Positions 1 to 9,473 of a stretch of 64,000 nt of DNA are shown in pieces (position 1 is the stretch's first letter; each line of letters begins with the position of its first letter). The stretch comes from an uncultured Dehalococcoidaceae bacterium (lineage in GTDB: Bacteria; Chloroflexota; Dehalococcoidia; Dehalococcoidales; RBG-16-60-22), in contig CAZQQL010000001.1 of the NCBI GenBank assembly GCA_964595455.1, forward strand, positions 15,236 to 79,235, written 5' to 3'. Under the pieces are notes generated by a model. It saw only the letters and a list, made by a program, of their open reading frames with translations, was not told the DNA's origin and did not search any database. Made by a program: the position numbers and the translations under genes.

Positions 1-1
1 G

Positions 2-1081
2 GGCGCCACTCCCCCGCCCAATCCCAATTCCCTGGTCTGCATCCAGCGTGAACCGATCGGTGTCGCGGGCATCATCATACCCTGGAACTCTCCTATACTC
101 ATGCTGACCTCAAAGATGGGCGCCTGCCTGGCCACGGGCAATACCTGCGTCATCAAGCCATCCGCCATCGATTCTCTGGTAATCCTGAAATACGGGGAAA
201 TCCTGGAAAAGGCTGGCCTTCCGCCCGGGACGGTGAATATCATCACCGGGCCCGGCAGCACGGCCGGCGATGCCCTGGCGGCCCACCCGGATGTCAGTTT
301 CCTCTCCTTCACCGGCAGTTCAGAGACCGGAAAAATCATCATGAAGACCGCTGCCGGTACGTTAAAACGCATGCAGATGGAACTCGGTGGCAAGAACCCG
401 TTCATCGTGCTGGAAGACGCTGATATCGATAAAATAGTCCCGATGGCAGCCGGCTCCATCTGCCATAATACCGGGATGGTCTGCGCGGCTCCCGGCCGTT
501 TCTACATCCATGAAAGCATACACGACAGGTTCGTGGAAAAATTCATCGCCGCTTTAAAGAACATACCGGTCGGCGATCCCAATGACGAGAAGACCGAGAT
601 GGGTCCTGTCGTTGATGCCGAGCACCGGGACCGCGTGGAAGGCTATATCCGAAAAGGTATCGAGGAAGGCGCCAGGCTGGTCTACGGCGAGCAGCGCACA
701 CCCGCGCCCCCGCTCGATAAGGGCTACTACGTGCTGCCTGCCGTTTTCACCGGCGTCCGGCCGGGTACCACCCTCTTCCGTGAAGAAGTATTCGGGCCGG
801 TGGCCTGTTTCATGAAATTCAAGACTGATGAAGAGGTCATCGCGTCCGCTAACGACAATATTTACGGCCTGAGCGCCAGCGTCTATTCCCGGGATACCAG
901 CCGGGCCTACAGGATCGCCAGCCGTATCAACGCCGGTATGGCCAGTGTGAACGGCGGACGGGCCATGATGGCGGAAACGCCCTGGGGAGGGTTCAAGGAA
1001 AGCGGCTTCGGTAAAGAGAATTCCATGTACGGGTTGGAGGAATACACAAGGCTTAAGGTCGTCGCTGTCGGTATGTCTTAA
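2..1081 (+). CDS. NAD(P)-dependent aldehyde dehydrogenase, 5'-truncated by the window edge
   Basis: The frame is open from nt 2 (EPIGVAGIIIPWNSPILML precedes the first Met at 101). Motifs seen: MELGGKNP (catalytic Glu region) and GMVCAAPGR (catalytic Cys). Confidence 0.9.
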   Translation, partial: GATPPPNPNSLVCIQREPIGVAGIIIPWNSPILMLTSKMGACLATGNTCVIKPSAIDSLVILKYGEILEKAGLPPGTVNIITGPGSTAGDALAAHPDVSFLSFTGSSETGKIIMKTAAGTLKRMQMELGGKNPFIVLEDADIDKIVPMAAGSICHNTGMVCAAPGRFYIHESIHDRFVEKFIAALKNIPVGDPNDEKTEMGPVVDAEHRDRVEGYIRKGIEEGARLVYGEQRTPAPPLDKGYYVLPAVFTGVRPGTTLFREEVFGPVACFMKFKTDEEVIASANDNIYGLSASVYSRDTSRAYRIASRINAGMASVNGGRAMMAETPWGGFKESGFGKENSMYGLEEYTRLKVVAVGMS

Positions 1082-1152
1082 GCATTCAGCTTTTTGACAT
1101 AGTTGTATTTATCGTGTTAGTATAAATTGTTCTCTTAAGTTGTTTCACCTGT

Positions 1153-1241
1153 GTTCCTTTGCTGAATATGGTGAACAACCGGTAGATGAAAATCTCGACG
1201 GCACCGCTGGAAACGGCGGTGTTTCCCAGGCGGAAAGGAGA
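1153..1241 (+). ncRNA. Candidate molybdenum-cofactor (Moco) riboswitch aptamer upstream of modABC
   Basis: TCCTTT(GC) at 1155-1162 can pair with GCGGAAAGGA at 1230-1239 as a closing helix. There is an internal hairpin CACCGC-tggaaacg-GCGGTG. The CTCGACGGCACC and CCAGGCGGAAAGGAG segments resemble my recollection of the Moco motif. Position upstream of molybdate transport genes fits. No covariance model was run. Confidence 0.4.
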
Positions 1242-1265
1242 AAATGATGGTTAAAGTCCGTACTT

Positions 1266-1308
1266 GAAGCAGCGCGTTTTCCCCGGGGAGGACGCGCTGC
1301 TTTTTTCG
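1266..1308 (+). terminator. Rho-independent terminator (likely riboswitch expression platform)
   Basis: 10-bp stem AAGCAGCGCG (1267-1276) / CGCGCTGCTT (1293-1302) followed by a T-run, about 100 nt upstream of modA. Confidence 0.6.
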
Positions 1309-1407
1309 GTTCCCATTGAAAAAGGCCCTCTAGTGAGCAATTTTCCCCTGTGACCTGAAATACATCCGCGTTCTCCAGCAAAGATTGTTCTGGAGGATAT
1401 GATTCTC

Positions 1408-2205
1408 ATGAAACTGAATAAGAGATCCATTGTCATTTTTACCGCATCAATTATTGGTGTGCTCCTACTGTCATTACTCTCTGGATGCTCCGGTGATAAA
1501 GAAAATCCTGTTGAACTGAACATCTCTGCTGCTGCCAGCCTGACTGATGCATTGCAGGAGATAAACGCTCTGTACATGGAAAAACACAAGAATGTCACCG
1601 TATACACCAACTATGCAGCCTCCGGAACGCTGCAAAAACAAATCGAACAGGGCGCTCCGGCGGATGTATTCATTTCCGCAGCCGCCAAGCAGATGAATGC
1701 TCTGGAGGATGCAGGGCTTATACTTGTTGAGACTCGCCGGAATCTCCTTAATAACAAAGTGGTCCTCGTGGTTCCTGCAGACAGCACCCTGGAGATCTCA
1801 AGTTTTATGAACCTTGTTGACCCATCTATCAATCAGATAGCTGTGGGTGATCCTGAATTCGTACCAGCTGGAACGTATGCTCAACAGGCCTTTGAATTGC
1901 TGGGTATTGCAGAAGGCACCCAATCCAAGCTGATTTTCGGTAGTGACGTCAGGCAGGTACTGGGGTATGTAGAGAGTGGAAATGTTGATGTTGGCATCGT
2001 ATATTCCACTGACGCTGCTATTACTACCGGAGTCAAGATTGTTGCAGAAGCGCCGGCGGACATCAATAATAAAATCATCTACCCCGTCGCTGTGGTAAAA
2101 GCCAGTGCTTTGGTAGATGCAGCCAAAGCTTACATTGACTTTCTCCTGACTGATGAGGTGAAAGATATCTTCGAACGTTATGGTTTCAGCCCTGTCGAAC
2201 AATAA
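1408..2205 (+). CDS. modA: Molybdate ABC transporter substrate-binding lipoprotein ModA
   Basis: Signal peptide with lipobox LLSGC. ModA-like blocks AAASLTDAL, ADVFISA, VPAGTYAQQA. GGAGG at 1392-1396 favours ATG 1408 over ATG 1399. Confidence 0.85.
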   Translation: MKLNKRSIVIFTASIIGVLLLSLLSGCSGDKENPVELNISAAASLTDALQEINALYMEKHKNVTVYTNYAASGTLQKQIEQGAPADVFISAAAKQMNALEDAGLILVETRRNLLNNKVVLVVPADSTLEISSFMNLVDPSINQIAVGDPEFVPAGTYAQQAFELLGIAEGTQSKLIFGSDVRQVLGYVESGNVDVGIVYSTDAAITTGVKIVAEAPADINNKIIYPVAVVKASALVDAAKAYIDFLLTDEVKDIFERYGFSPVEQ

Positions 2206-2229
2206 ACACGAGTTGCAGAGAGAAATGCT

Positions 2230-2916
2230 ATGACAGAGGTGATACTCTCTCCATTATGGATATCGCTAAAGACGGTACTTGTAACCACAGCGATCACTTT
2301 CTGTCTGGGAATTGCTGCGGCCCGGTGGATGGCACGGTATACCGGAGTTGGCAAAAGTCTGATTGACGGGGTGTTTATCCTGCCGCTCGTTCTGCCCCCA
2401 ACGGTAATAGGGTTTGGACTACTGTTGCTTTTTGGGAAAAACAGCCTGCTGGGAGAATTCCTCTCCTTGTTCAACACAACCGTGGTGTTCTCCTGGCCGG
2501 CGACGGTAATTTCTGCCGTTATCGTGACCTTTCCTCTCATGTACATGTCTGCCCGGGCAGGGTTCGAGCAGGTGGACAGAAATATTGAAAACGCTGCCCG
2601 AACCCTGGGTGCCAGTGAATGGCGGGTATTTTGGACGGTCACCATGCCCGGAGCATGGCCGGCGGTTATTGCTGCCACCATACTCGCCTTTGCCCGCGCC
2701 CTTGGAGAATTTGGCGCTACGCTCATTCTTGCCGGTAATATTCCCGGTAAAACCACCACTATTCCGGTAGCGATTTACTTTAGTATACAGGCGGGCCACA
2801 ACGACCGCGCCCTCATCCTGGTACTTATCGTCCTCTTTATTTCCTTCGCTTCGCTTGGGGCGCTTGCTTACTGGAAGAGGAAAGCTCCCCGCACGGCGGC
2901 GCCTGCCAGGGGATAG
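2230..2916 (+). CDS. modB: Molybdate ABC transporter permease ModB
   Basis: Polytopic membrane protein with the EAA-type loop ENAARTLGASEWRVFWTVTMP. Lies between modA and the ATPase gene. Confidence 0.85.
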   Translation: MTEVILSPLWISLKTVLVTTAITFCLGIAAARWMARYTGVGKSLIDGVFILPLVLPPTVIGFGLLLLFGKNSLLGEFLSLFNTTVVFSWPATVISAVIVTFPLMYMSARAGFEQVDRNIENAARTLGASEWRVFWTVTMPGAWPAVIAATILAFARALGEFGATLILAGNIPGKTTTIPVAIYFSIQAGHNDRALILVLIVLFISFASLGALAYWKRKAPRTAAPARG

Positions 2917-2946
2917 AGTTCCCTGAGACTAATTGGATAACTATCG

Positions 2947-4107
2947 ATGCTTGAAGTAAGAGTAAAGAAAAAATTGAAGGGATTTCTACTTGACGTAGCT
3001 TTTGCCGTCAACCGGGAAATCCTGGCAATTCTTGGTCCTTCAGGCTCCGGTAAGACCATGACGCTGCAATGCATTGCTGGTCTGGTGAAACCGGACGAAG
3101 GATACATCAGGCTCGATGACGATGTGCTGCTCGACACAAAAAATAGCATTGCAGTACCCGCAAGACACCGCGGCGTCGGGTTCGTATTCCAGAATTATGC
3201 CTTGTTTCCCCATCTCACGGTAGTTGACAATATTTCCTATGGTATTCGGCACATGGAAAGGGACGAGCGGTTATCCAGGGTAGGAGACCTGCTTACGAAA
3301 ATGCACCTTGTTGAGCTCGGGCACCGGTACCCGTCCCAGTTATCCGCGGGCCAGCAGCAACGGGTAGCCCTGGCGAGAGCTATTGCCCCGGAACCAGCCT
3401 TGCTGCTTCTTGACGAACCCTTTTCGGCACTTGACGCCCAGGTCAAGGAACGCATGGAACTGGAACTACTCAATCTCCATGAGTTTTATAAAGGTACGAT
3501 TCTTTTTGTAACCCATAATCTTGCAGAAGGTTTCAAACTGGCCTCAAAGATCGCGGTCTATGAGTCCGGGCGCATTGTCCAGTGTGATGAGAAAAATACG
3601 GTTATCGACTCTCCCGCAAACCGGATTGTCGCCAGGTTGACCGGGGTTAGAAACATGATGCCGGGTACTATCATCCATGCTGACGGAACCAGGATGCGCG
3701 TGTTTGTACCGGAACTTGGTGGAGAGGTATCCGTTACATCCTGCAACCGTTCTTTCGCTGCCGGACAACAGGTTACTATCGGCATACGGCCGGAATACGT
3801 CCGCATGGTAGACGAACCCGGCGATAACAGCTTTCATTGTAGCGTCAGCCGCATCGTTGAAGGCGTTTCACTCATCAACTGCTTTTTCCAGCCGCCATCG
3901 TCTGCCGATGGTGGACACTGGCTTGAAGTCTCGCTCCATAAAGCTCACGGCCCTCGCCTGTGTGAGGGGAACAAGTGCTATGTGCATCTACCATCTGAAC
4001 ATGTGATACTCGTAGAAGGCACGACAACCGGGGTACTGCAGCAACAGCAACCCGGTCAGTGTAAAAGTAACGCAGGGCTACCTATGCAAATACAAACCGA
4101 AAGCTGA
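2947..4107 (+). CDS. modC: Molybdate ABC transporter ATP-binding protein ModC-like with C-terminal TOBE-like extension
   Basis: Walker A GPSGSGKT, signature LSAGQQQRVALARA, Walker B LLLDEPFSALD. Third gene of the mod operon. Confidence 0.8.
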   Translation: MLEVRVKKKLKGFLLDVAFAVNREILAILGPSGSGKTMTLQCIAGLVKPDEGYIRLDDDVLLDTKNSIAVPARHRGVGFVFQNYALFPHLTVVDNISYGIRHMERDERLSRVGDLLTKMHLVELGHRYPSQLSAGQQQRVALARAIAPEPALLLLDEPFSALDAQVKERMELELLNLHEFYKGTILFVTHNLAEGFKLASKIAVYESGRIVQCDEKNTVIDSPANRIVARLTGVRNMMPGTIIHADGTRMRVFVPELGGEVSVTSCNRSFAAGQQVTIGIRPEYVRMVDEPGDNSFHCSVSRIVEGVSLINCFFQPPSSADGGHWLEVSLHKAHGPRLCEGNKCYVHLPSEHVILVEGTTTGVLQQQQPGQCKSNAGLPMQIQTES

Positions 4108-4260
4108 TTCAAACGTGTTGGTTCTATTAACGTACAGTACCACCCATCAGCCGCAATAACACGACAAAAAGCCTCCACATTCGTCCTGATGAGGGTAGTC
4201 GCCTCTCATGCCAGCAAAGTAACCGGGAAGCAGGTCGAGAATGCTACGCATCGACCGGGT

Positions 4261-5058
4261 TTATGACTGCTGCAACCACGATTCCAGGTAGCCGTAAGCC
4301 GTCCAGCCGCCATCGATAACGATGGTTTGACCGTTTATGCTTCGGGAGTTGTCAGAAGCTAAAAACAGTACCGCTTCAGCCACATCTTCCGCACTGGTAA
4401 GCATTCCTCCGGGCGTTCTTCCCTTCAGTTCTTCTATTTTCAATTTCCCCTGGGAAGCGAGATTGTTTACCAGTTCAGTTTCAACATAACCCGGCGCCAC
4501 GGCGTTGACGCTGATATTATGCTTAGCCCATTCCGAAGCCAGGACTTTGGTCAAAGCCATAATTCCGGCTTTAGCGCTGCAGTAACATGCCCTCTCGGGA
4601 AATGCGACGACGCCGTTTATGGAGGCAATGTTGATTATCTTGCCGCTTTTTTGCCGGATCATTTCTCTTCCAGCGGCCTGGCTGCAGAAGAACGTCCCGG
4701 TCAACATGACGTCGATGCCCCTCCGCCACACTTTCTCCTCCAGGTTTTCCGAAGGTCCGACGGTGGATATCCCCGCGTTATTGACCAGGACATCGATCCT
4801 GCCAAATTTCCTGACTATTCCATTGACCATGCCGTCAACTGAAGTCTTGTCGGCGACATCAGCCTTGAATACTGCTGAATTACGCCCAATGGTTTCTATT
4901 TCGCGGGCGACTGACTCGGCTTCCTGCATCGACGAACTGCAGTTGATAGCGACGTCAGCGCCTGCCCTGGCGAGGGCTAAAGCAATCGACCGCCCGATGC
5001 CGCGGCTGGCCCCGGTTACAAGAGCGGTCTTGCCTCTAAGCTTCAATGCTTCTTCCAT
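4261..5058 (-). CDS. SDR-family oxidoreductase (FabG-like)
   Basis: TGASRGIG cofactor motif and YCSAK catalytic motif. Its start overlaps the upstream gene's stop (ATGA). Confidence 0.85.
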   Translation of the reverse strand: MEEALKLRGKTALVTGASRGIGRSIALALARAGADVAINCSSSMQEAESVAREIETIGRNSAVFKADVADKTSVDGMVNGIVRKFGRIDVLVNNAGISTVGPSENLEEKVWRRGIDVMLTGTFFCSQAAGREMIRQKSGKIINIASINGVVAFPERACYCSAKAGIMALTKVLASEWAKHNISVNAVAPGYVETELVNNLASQGKLKIEELKGRTPGGMLTSAEDVAEAVLFLASDNSRSINGQTIVIDGGWTAYGYLESWLQQS

Positions 5059-6275
5059 CAGGGTATCACACCGTCTTCTTTCAGTTTTTCAAGGTCTTCC
5101 CAGCTATATCCTTCCTCTAGTAACACTTCCTCGGTGTGAGCGCCAAGCTGTGGCGCCGCCCAACGGATGTCAGCCGGAATCTCGCTGAACTGGACGGGGC
5201 TGTTGAGAAGCCTCGCGCTGCCGGTAACCGGATGTTCGATATCCGTATAGAAATTGTTTTCAACGGCCTGCTCATCCTTCAGTATTTCAGCGACCGTCTG
5301 ATTTCCAGATACGATTAGGTCATGCTTACGGAACTCCGGTTCCCATTCCGTCCAGGTCCGGGACGCCATTACTTCTTCGATCAATGCCACCAACTCTTCT
5401 GCTTGTTGCTCCCGGCTTTCCATCGTAGCATAGCGGGTGTCATCGATCCATTCGGGTTTACCGATAGCCCGGCAGAACGGCGCCCAATACTCCTGCGTGG
5501 GATGGCACATCATACACCACCGGTCCTTGCACCGGTAGGATGTGTACATTGGGTTTGGAGCGCACTTTCTATCCCATTTGGGCTGGGGATGACCGAAAAG
5601 GGCGGTCTGGATATCCAACCCCAGCGTCCATGCCGCGGTGTGGTACAGCGAGATCTCCAGCCCCTGCCCCTTTCCGGTTTTTTGTTTGTGATACAGGGCT
5701 ACCAGGATACCGCTCGTAATATGTGCGGACGCAGCTATATCCATCATGCCGGGTCGTGAAATGGGTGGCGGATATTCCGGGCCGGCGCTGATGAGATCCA
5801 TTAAGCCGCCGTATGACCAGGCAGCTACATAATCGTAGCCGCGGTCGTTAGCTTTCGGCCCTTTGGACCCGTATCCGGTAAGCACGGAATGAATGAGTCC
5901 CGGGTATTTTTCTTTCAGGCTGGGATAATCCAGTCCGTACTTCTTCAGTACGTCCATCGAGTAATTGGTTGCGAAGATATCGGCTTTTTCCAGGAGTCGG
6001 TACAGTACTTCTCGTCCTTTTTCTGTGCGGAGGTTCAGTACCACACTGCGTTTGCCCCGGTTTAGAAACTCGAAATGCAACTCGATGTCTCCCTTATCCG
6101 TATGGATCTGGAGGGGGCTTCTATTGAAACTGACCAGGCTCCTCTGCCAGTCGCCCCATGTCGGCTCAATCTTGATAACATCGGCGCCCCAATCAGCCAG
6201 GATAGCAGTGGCCGCAGGTACACCCACGACCTGCTCGAAACCGATGATTCTGACGCCATCGAGTAGTCCAGTCAT
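5058..6275 (-). CDS. Family III CoA-transferase (CaiB/BaiF type)
   Basis: N-terminus GVRIIGFEQVVGVPAATAILADWGADVIKIE is typical of the family; length 405 aa. Confidence 0.85.
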   Translation of the reverse strand: MTGLLDGVRIIGFEQVVGVPAATAILADWGADVIKIEPTWGDWQRSLVSFNRSPLQIHTDKGDIELHFEFLNRGKRSVVLNLRTEKGREVLYRLLEKADIFATNYSMDVLKKYGLDYPSLKEKYPGLIHSVLTGYGSKGPKANDRGYDYVAAWSYGGLMDLISAGPEYPPPISRPGMMDIAASAHITSGILVALYHKQKTGKGQGLEISLYHTAAWTLGLDIQTALFGHPQPKWDRKCAPNPMYTSYRCKDRWCMMCHPTQEYWAPFCRAIGKPEWIDDTRYATMESREQQAEELVALIEEVMASRTWTEWEPEFRKHDLIVSGNQTVAEILKDEQAVENNFYTDIEHPVTGSARLLNSPVQFSEIPADIRWAAPQLGAHTEEVLLEEGYSWEDLEKLKEDGVIP

Positions 6276-6308
6276 TATTGCTCTTTTCTCAATCTTGATG
6301 AGTCCACT

Positions 6309-6647
6309 TTAGTAGTTGATAACCACCAGCATACTTACCGGCATGTTCGTCTCGTTGATGATCTCACGGCCTTCATTAGCCCCCATGAAGATCCCTTCGT
6401 TCGGACCTATTTGCCAGATCTCCGTCTTTGTCTTGACGGTCAATGTTCCTGACAAAACCCAATAGAATTTATCGTTAGGGTTGTCTTCATAAGCCCAAAC
6501 GGCGCCGCCGCCGGGTAGAAAATGGGACATTCCCACCCAGAATTTTTGTGCCCCGGTTTCCTCTTTCCCGCACAGCCTCATGGCAGTCATATTGAAGTGG
6601 CCCGGAGCCGCGTAGGGTTTAACATCGTTCAGCGTGATTTTCTTCAT
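6309..6647 (-). CDS. Small cupin-domain protein
   Basis: About 112 aa with a beta-barrel-like sequence. Start at MKK is preceded by GGAGAAG; the longer start at 6665 would overlap the upstream gene. Confidence 0.6.
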   Translation of the reverse strand: MKKITLNDVKPYAAPGHFNMTAMRLCGKEETGAQKFWVGMSHFLPGGGAVWAYEDNPNDKFYWVLSGTLTVKTKTEIWQIGPNEGIFMGANEGREIINETNMPVSMLVVINY

Positions 6648-6655
6648 TACTTCTC

Positions 6656-7594
6656 CTAAATACAACCTCCATAGCTGTAGGTGCGGTCGGGTACATCATT
6701 CAGGTCTTCTTCATCGATTTCCGCCACGCAACGCGCCATGGAGCCATCGCCCAGATACCAACGCAGCGGGAAGCAATAGAACCTGAACCGTTTTCCGGAA
6801 ACCTTGTCCAGGTCGCCCCCGAGGTTTTCCACCCCGACGATGCCGTGACCCAGCATCATCTTGTGACAGGGTTCCCAGGTACCCCAGCAGCCGATGGCTT
6901 CAAGGTCTCCGAACTTCCTGTCATACGCTTCTTTGCCGTGTACTTTGATATAGGTGAACTTATCAAATTCGGCGTAGGCCTCTTCACCGAACAGCTCGAT
7001 GTACTCCTCGCAGATGGTCCTGCCGGAAGCTCCGATGAGGTTCATGCGGGTCATGCCGTTATTGCCCATGGCGGTATGGAGCGGGTGGTCCAGGGCCTGG
7101 GAATCCATGGCGACACATTTCACCTTCTTCTCAACGAACCACCTGCCGGCGTCGATGCCGGTACCGCAGGAATAATGATAGTATTCCTTGGAATCATCGA
7201 ACTTGCGGTGCATCCCGGTATTCAGGCAGATGATCATGCCTTCCAGTTCGTTCGGTTTGATACCGGCTTTTTCGCAGGCGGCTTCCAGATGTTTCGGTCC
7301 GATCAGTCCCCAGCGCTCAACCTCGATGGGAAGGCAGACGGCGTCGCCGGTATAAGCATCGACCGGCATTTCGTGGGTGTACCGGGCCCTTTTACCGTTG
7401 AATTCGATCTCCATCACATGCCGGGGAGCATCGCAGTGCGTCCCGGTGTGCATGGTGCAGGTAATCTTCTGGGTCAGCACACCGCCTTTGGCCATGGTGT
7501 GGGCGTTATCGATGACCGGCTTGTCAAAATAGGGCCATCGGGGAATTTCCGCACTGAAGGGATGCGTCAGATCGATAAATGCTTTTTTACCCAT
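6656..7594 (-). CDS. Cyclase-family protein (kynurenine formamidase-like metal hydrolase)
   Basis: HTGTHCDAPRH matches the HxGTHxDAPxH cyclase-family motif. Confidence 0.75.
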   Translation of the reverse strand: MGKKAFIDLTHPFSAEIPRWPYFDKPVIDNAHTMAKGGVLTQKITCTMHTGTHCDAPRHVMEIEFNGKRARYTHEMPVDAYTGDAVCLPIEVERWGLIGPKHLEAACEKAGIKPNELEGMIICLNTGMHRKFDDSKEYYHYSCGTGIDAGRWFVEKKVKCVAMDSQALDHPLHTAMGNNGMTRMNLIGASGRTICEEYIELFGEEAYAEFDKFTYIKVHGKEAYDRKFGDLEAIGCWGTWEPCHKMMLGHGIVGVENLGGDLDKVSGKRFRFYCFPLRWYLGDGSMARCVAEIDEEDLNDVPDRTYSYGGCI

Positions 7595-7631
7595 AACTTG
7601 ATCTCCTTTAAAGGTGGTTTTCTAACTGCAG

Positions 7632-8402
7632 CTACCAGGTGGTTACACCGCCGTCTATGTACAATATCTGGCCGGTGACGAAGCTGGATGCTTCCGAGGC
7701 AAAGAAAATAACCGGCCCGACGATATCTTCCGGAAGGGCCCATTTCCCCATCGGGATACGGTCTTTCATCTGCTTGGCATAGGCAGGGTCAGCCAGTGCG
7801 TCTTTGGTCAGGTCCGTCTCGACGATGGTCGGCGCCACTGCGTTGACCAGGACGTTTGATTTTGCCCATTCGCAGGCCAGGGTGCGCGTAAGGGTATCCA
7901 CGGCGCCTTTACTGGGACAATAGGCAGCATAACCGGAAGGAAGACCGTACCGGCCCCGTACGGAAGAAAGGTTGATAATCCTGCCGCTTTTCTGTTTCAG
8001 CATTACTCTCCCGACGGACTGGCAGCAGAGGAAGGTCCCTCGTGTGTTGATATCCATGACCTGTTGCCACTCGTCGATAGGGAAGCTGTCCGCCGGTTTG
8101 CGAATAGCCAGGCCGGCTGCATTTACCAGAATATCGATGCGGGGGAAGGTTTCAAGCATCTTCCCAACCATCTCGTTGACCTGTTTTTCATCGACGATGT
8201 CCACAGTGACCGCCAATGATTTCCGGCCTTTGGACTCGATATCCCCGCAAGTTCTAGTAAGAGCTTCAAGATTGCGGCTGGCTACCGCGACATCAGCGCC
8301 GGCTTCCGCCAGGCCAAGGGCGATCGCTTTACCGATGCCTCCATGACCACCTACCACAAGGGCTACTTTACCGCTTAAATCAAACAGCTTTTTCACATTC
8401 AA
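7632..8402 (-). CDS. SDR-family oxidoreductase
   Basis: VGGHGGIG cofactor motif and YCPSK catalytic motif; 256 aa. Confidence 0.85.
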   Translation of the reverse strand: MNVKKLFDLSGKVALVVGGHGGIGKAIALGLAEAGADVAVASRNLEALTRTCGDIESKGRKSLAVTVDIVDEKQVNEMVGKMLETFPRIDILVNAAGLAIRKPADSFPIDEWQQVMDINTRGTFLCCQSVGRVMLKQKSGRIINLSSVRGRYGLPSGYAAYCPSKGAVDTLTRTLACEWAKSNVLVNAVAPTIVETDLTKDALADPAYAKQMKDRIPMGKWALPEDIVGPVIFFASEASSFVTGQILYIDGGVTTW

Positions 8403-8530
8403 CCTCTTTCAGGAACTTCATATATCATATGCTTATTGACTTCTTATCAAATATCGATTATGATTAGTGACAATAATAGTGATTCCCGGCTTAATTGTCA
8501 AGTCACAAGTTGCCTGAAGGGGGTATATCC

Positions 8531-9184
8531 ATGCCGGAAGAAAAATTTCCTGAAAGCTGGACAGTCGTTGATCATATCATTCCCGGTGTGACCGCGGAAA
8601 TGATTGATTGGTGGTGGGTCAACATGGAGAAGGGCTACGAGTTATGGTGCCCGGACGAGCACAAGGGGTTCAAGTGGGATGTCAAGCCGCCTCTTGGCGG
8701 TCACATCGGTGCAGCCCAGATAGCCTCGGAAAGCATCGATTACGGCCCAGTCATGGACCTGCGCATCGTCTGGATGGACCCGAATCTCGGCACGGACGAG
8801 CAGAAAAACTTCTGGACGTACGAACACTTACTTGCCGCAGGAGGCCCCACCGATCCCCGTTCTCCCAACAAATCGCCTATCGTGCTTTCCCACCAGTGGG
8901 AAGCCATACCCGGCGGCTGTAAAATGCGTTCCTGTATGCATGGGATTCCCGGCGGTCGTCCGCCCGGTCCACCTTCCGGTCCCATGCCGCCGATGCCACC
9001 GCACCCCAGCGGCAAGAAACCGACCGGCGGCGGCTGGCGCGTCCACAACATCGCCGAAGTCAGTACGTTCAAAGCCTTCCTCCCGGCGCTCTGGGGCATC
9101 TGGCAGGCGGTTTCCGACCCCGCTATCAACCGACAGGCCTCACTCAAGGTGAGAAAAGAAGGCGGAAAATTCATCTACGTTTAG
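8531..9184 (+). CDS. Hypothetical protein with an internal Pro/Gly-rich insertion
   Basis: ATG 8531 is preceded by GAAGGGGG. It contains the tract GGRPPGPPSGPMPPMPPHPSGKKPTGGG. The MIDWWW segment is faintly reminiscent of DAPG/phloretin-hydrolase-like proteins; this is unverified. Confidence 0.5.
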   Translation: MPEEKFPESWTVVDHIIPGVTAEMIDWWWVNMEKGYELWCPDEHKGFKWDVKPPLGGHIGAAQIASESIDYGPVMDLRIVWMDPNLGTDEQKNFWTYEHLLAAGGPTDPRSPNKSPIVLSHQWEAIPGGCKMRSCMHGIPGGRPPGPPSGPMPPMPPHPSGKKPTGGGWRVHNIAEVSTFKAFLPALWGIWQAVSDPAINRQASLKVRKEGGKFIYV

Positions 9185-9195
9185 TGGGGTAATGC

Positions 9196-9435
9196 ATGAA
9201 AAAACAGGAAAATTGGGTTCGGAAAATCGATATAGACCTTGGCAAATGTAAAAAATGCCAAACTTGCGTCAAGGCCTGCTTTGCTGATGTATTGCGTTGG
9301 AACGAAGCTGAAAAAGTACCTGTCGCAGCTTATCCGGAAGATTGTGTCTGGTGTCTGGCCTGTGAGGCAGCCTGCCCGGCACACTGCATCGAAGTCGTTC
9401 CCAATATTCCCGCGCCATTGCGCTCCTCTTATTGA
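9196..9435 (+). CDS. Small 2x[4Fe-4S]-type ferredoxin (AprB-like partner)
   Basis: Cys motifs CKKCQTCVKAC and CVWCLACEAACP. Immediately upstream of the flavoprotein gene. Confidence 0.75.
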   Translation: MKKQENWVRKIDIDLGKCKKCQTCVKACFADVLRWNEAEKVPVAAYPEDCVWCLACEAACPAHCIEVVPNIPAPLRSSY

Positions 9436-9473
9436 ATCAGCGTTTACGTGGGCACCATGTAAGGAGGCCTGGA

